Below, one piece after another: positions 23,255-24,000 of a DNA stretch of 24,000 bases. The notes under the pieces are model-generated. The model did no database searches and had not been told where the DNA came from. It was given only the letters and a program-made list of their open reading frames with translations. The stretch covers positions 656,660 to 680,659 of the forward strand of contig NZ_CP166625.1 in assembly GCF_041320595.1 (NCBI RefSeq), read 5' to 3'. The position numbers and the translations under genes are program-made. Position 1 is the stretch's first letter. Each line of letters starts with the position of its first letter. The stretch is from Pleomorphomonas sp. PLEO (GTDB lineage Bacteria; Pseudomonadota; Alphaproteobacteria; Rhizobiales; Pleomorphomonadaceae).

Positions 23255-24000
23255 AGCCCTTCCAGGTCCTGTACCATTCGACGAAGTTCTGGACGCCGTG
23301 TGGCACATCGGTGTCCGGCACGTAGCCGGTGAGCGCCTTGAGAAGATCGGGTGCGGCGTAGGTCTGCGGCACGTCGCCTTTCTGCATGGGCAAGAGGTTG
23401 CGGGCGGCGGGCTTGCCGAGCGCCTGTTCGATGGCTGTGATGAAGTCCAAGAGGCCGACCGGCTGGCCACCGCCGATGTTGACGATGCGGAACGGTGCCT
23501 GTTTCGACAGTGTGTCGATCACGCCCTCGGCGGTGACGCGGTTGTCTTCGCTCGGGGCGACGGGCACCAACCGGACGATCGCCTCCACCAAGTCTTCGAC
23601 ATAGGTGAAGTCGCGCCGCATGTTGCCTTCGCCGTAGACGTCGATCGCCTCGCCCTTCTCGATGGCGTCGACGAACTTGAACAGCGCCATGTCCGGCCGG
23701 CCCCAGGGACCGTAGACGGTGAAGAAGCGGAAAGCGGTGGTCGGGATCTTCCACAGGTGGGCGTAGGAGTGGCCCATCGCCTCCATCGCCTTCTTGGTGG
23801 CGGCGTAGAGCGTCAGCGGCTCATCGGTCTTGTCGGCCTCGGCGAACGGCACCTTGTCATTGGCACCATAGACCGACGACGTCGAGGCGAGCATCAGGTG
23901 CTTCACTTCGCACGCCTTGGCCAGCTCCAGCACGTTCCAACTGCCGACGAGGTTGGCGTCGACATAGGCGCGTGGGTTCTCGAGGCTGTAGCGAACGCCG
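23253..24000 (-). CDS. NAD-dependent sugar-nucleotide epimerase (extended SDR; UDP-glucuronate 4-epimerase / LpsL-like), C-terminal part; the gene continues past the window end
   Basis: YxxxK catalytic motif (YAATKKA), plus [16 protein letters not shown] and RDFTYVEDL, typical of UDP-GlcA/UDP-Glc 4-epimerases. The reading frame stays open upstream of the track's start: [28 protein letters not shown] reads through to position 24000. Confidence 0.85.
   Translation of the reverse strand, partial: GVRYSLENPRAYVDANLVGSWNVLELAKACEVKHLMLASTSSVYGANDKVPFAEADKTDEPLTLYAATKKAMEAMGHSYAHLWKIPTTAFRFFTVYGPWGRPDMALFKFVDAIEKGEAIDVYGEGNMRRDFTYVEDLVEAIVRLVPVAPSEDNRVTAEGVIDTLSKQAPFRIVNIGGGQPVGLLDFITAIEQALGKPAARNLLPMQKGDVPQTYAAPDLLKALTGYVPDTDVPHGVQNFVEWYRTWKG

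Noticed and set aside
1-24000. CRISPR arrays, transposases or IS elements, toxin-antitoxin pairs and known defence-system genes.
   Set aside because: I saw no evenly spaced direct repeats and no transposase, integrase, nuclease or ATPase signatures typical of defence or mobile elements. The only repeats are the short palindromic intergenic units reported above.

Overview
High-GC chromosomal segment that looks alphaproteobacterial (Rhizobiaceae-like). This placement is inferred from the rplU-rpmA-GNAT arrangement, codon bias and CTAG-ended palindromic intergenic repeats. No search was run. Left to right the window holds: two tandem GNAT acetyltransferases; rpmA and rplU; tRNA-Ser(CGA); a membrane GGDEF-EAL protein; a LysR regulator; a CDA-fold deaminase; a four-gene PotABCD-type ABC importer; a four-gene minus-strand operon (see below); a 6TM K+ channel with a C-terminal zinc ribbon; a decayed ~900 bp gap holding a frameshifted hydratase remnant and a small ORF with its own terminator; an RpiR regulator divergent from an OSBS/N-succinylamino-acid-racemase plus GNAT pair; a GDP-mannose pair (phosphohexomutase, ManC); and a partial UDP-sugar epimerase. 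The most interesting content is the operon at 10423-15305. It encodes a short (512 aa) YjjI-type glycyl radical enzyme with an RVTGF glycine loop, its YjjW-type radical SAM activase, an AMP-dependent ligase and a creatininase-family amidohydrolase. It ends 4 bp from the convergent ABC importer. The YjjI family has no assigned reaction as far as I know, so this looks like an uncharacterised, probably anaerobic, small-molecule pathway. No CRISPR arrays, transposases, integrases or recognisable defence genes were seen. Many long ORFs in the track are antisense or out-of-frame artefacts of high GC content. Several starts were re-placed using RBS evidence.
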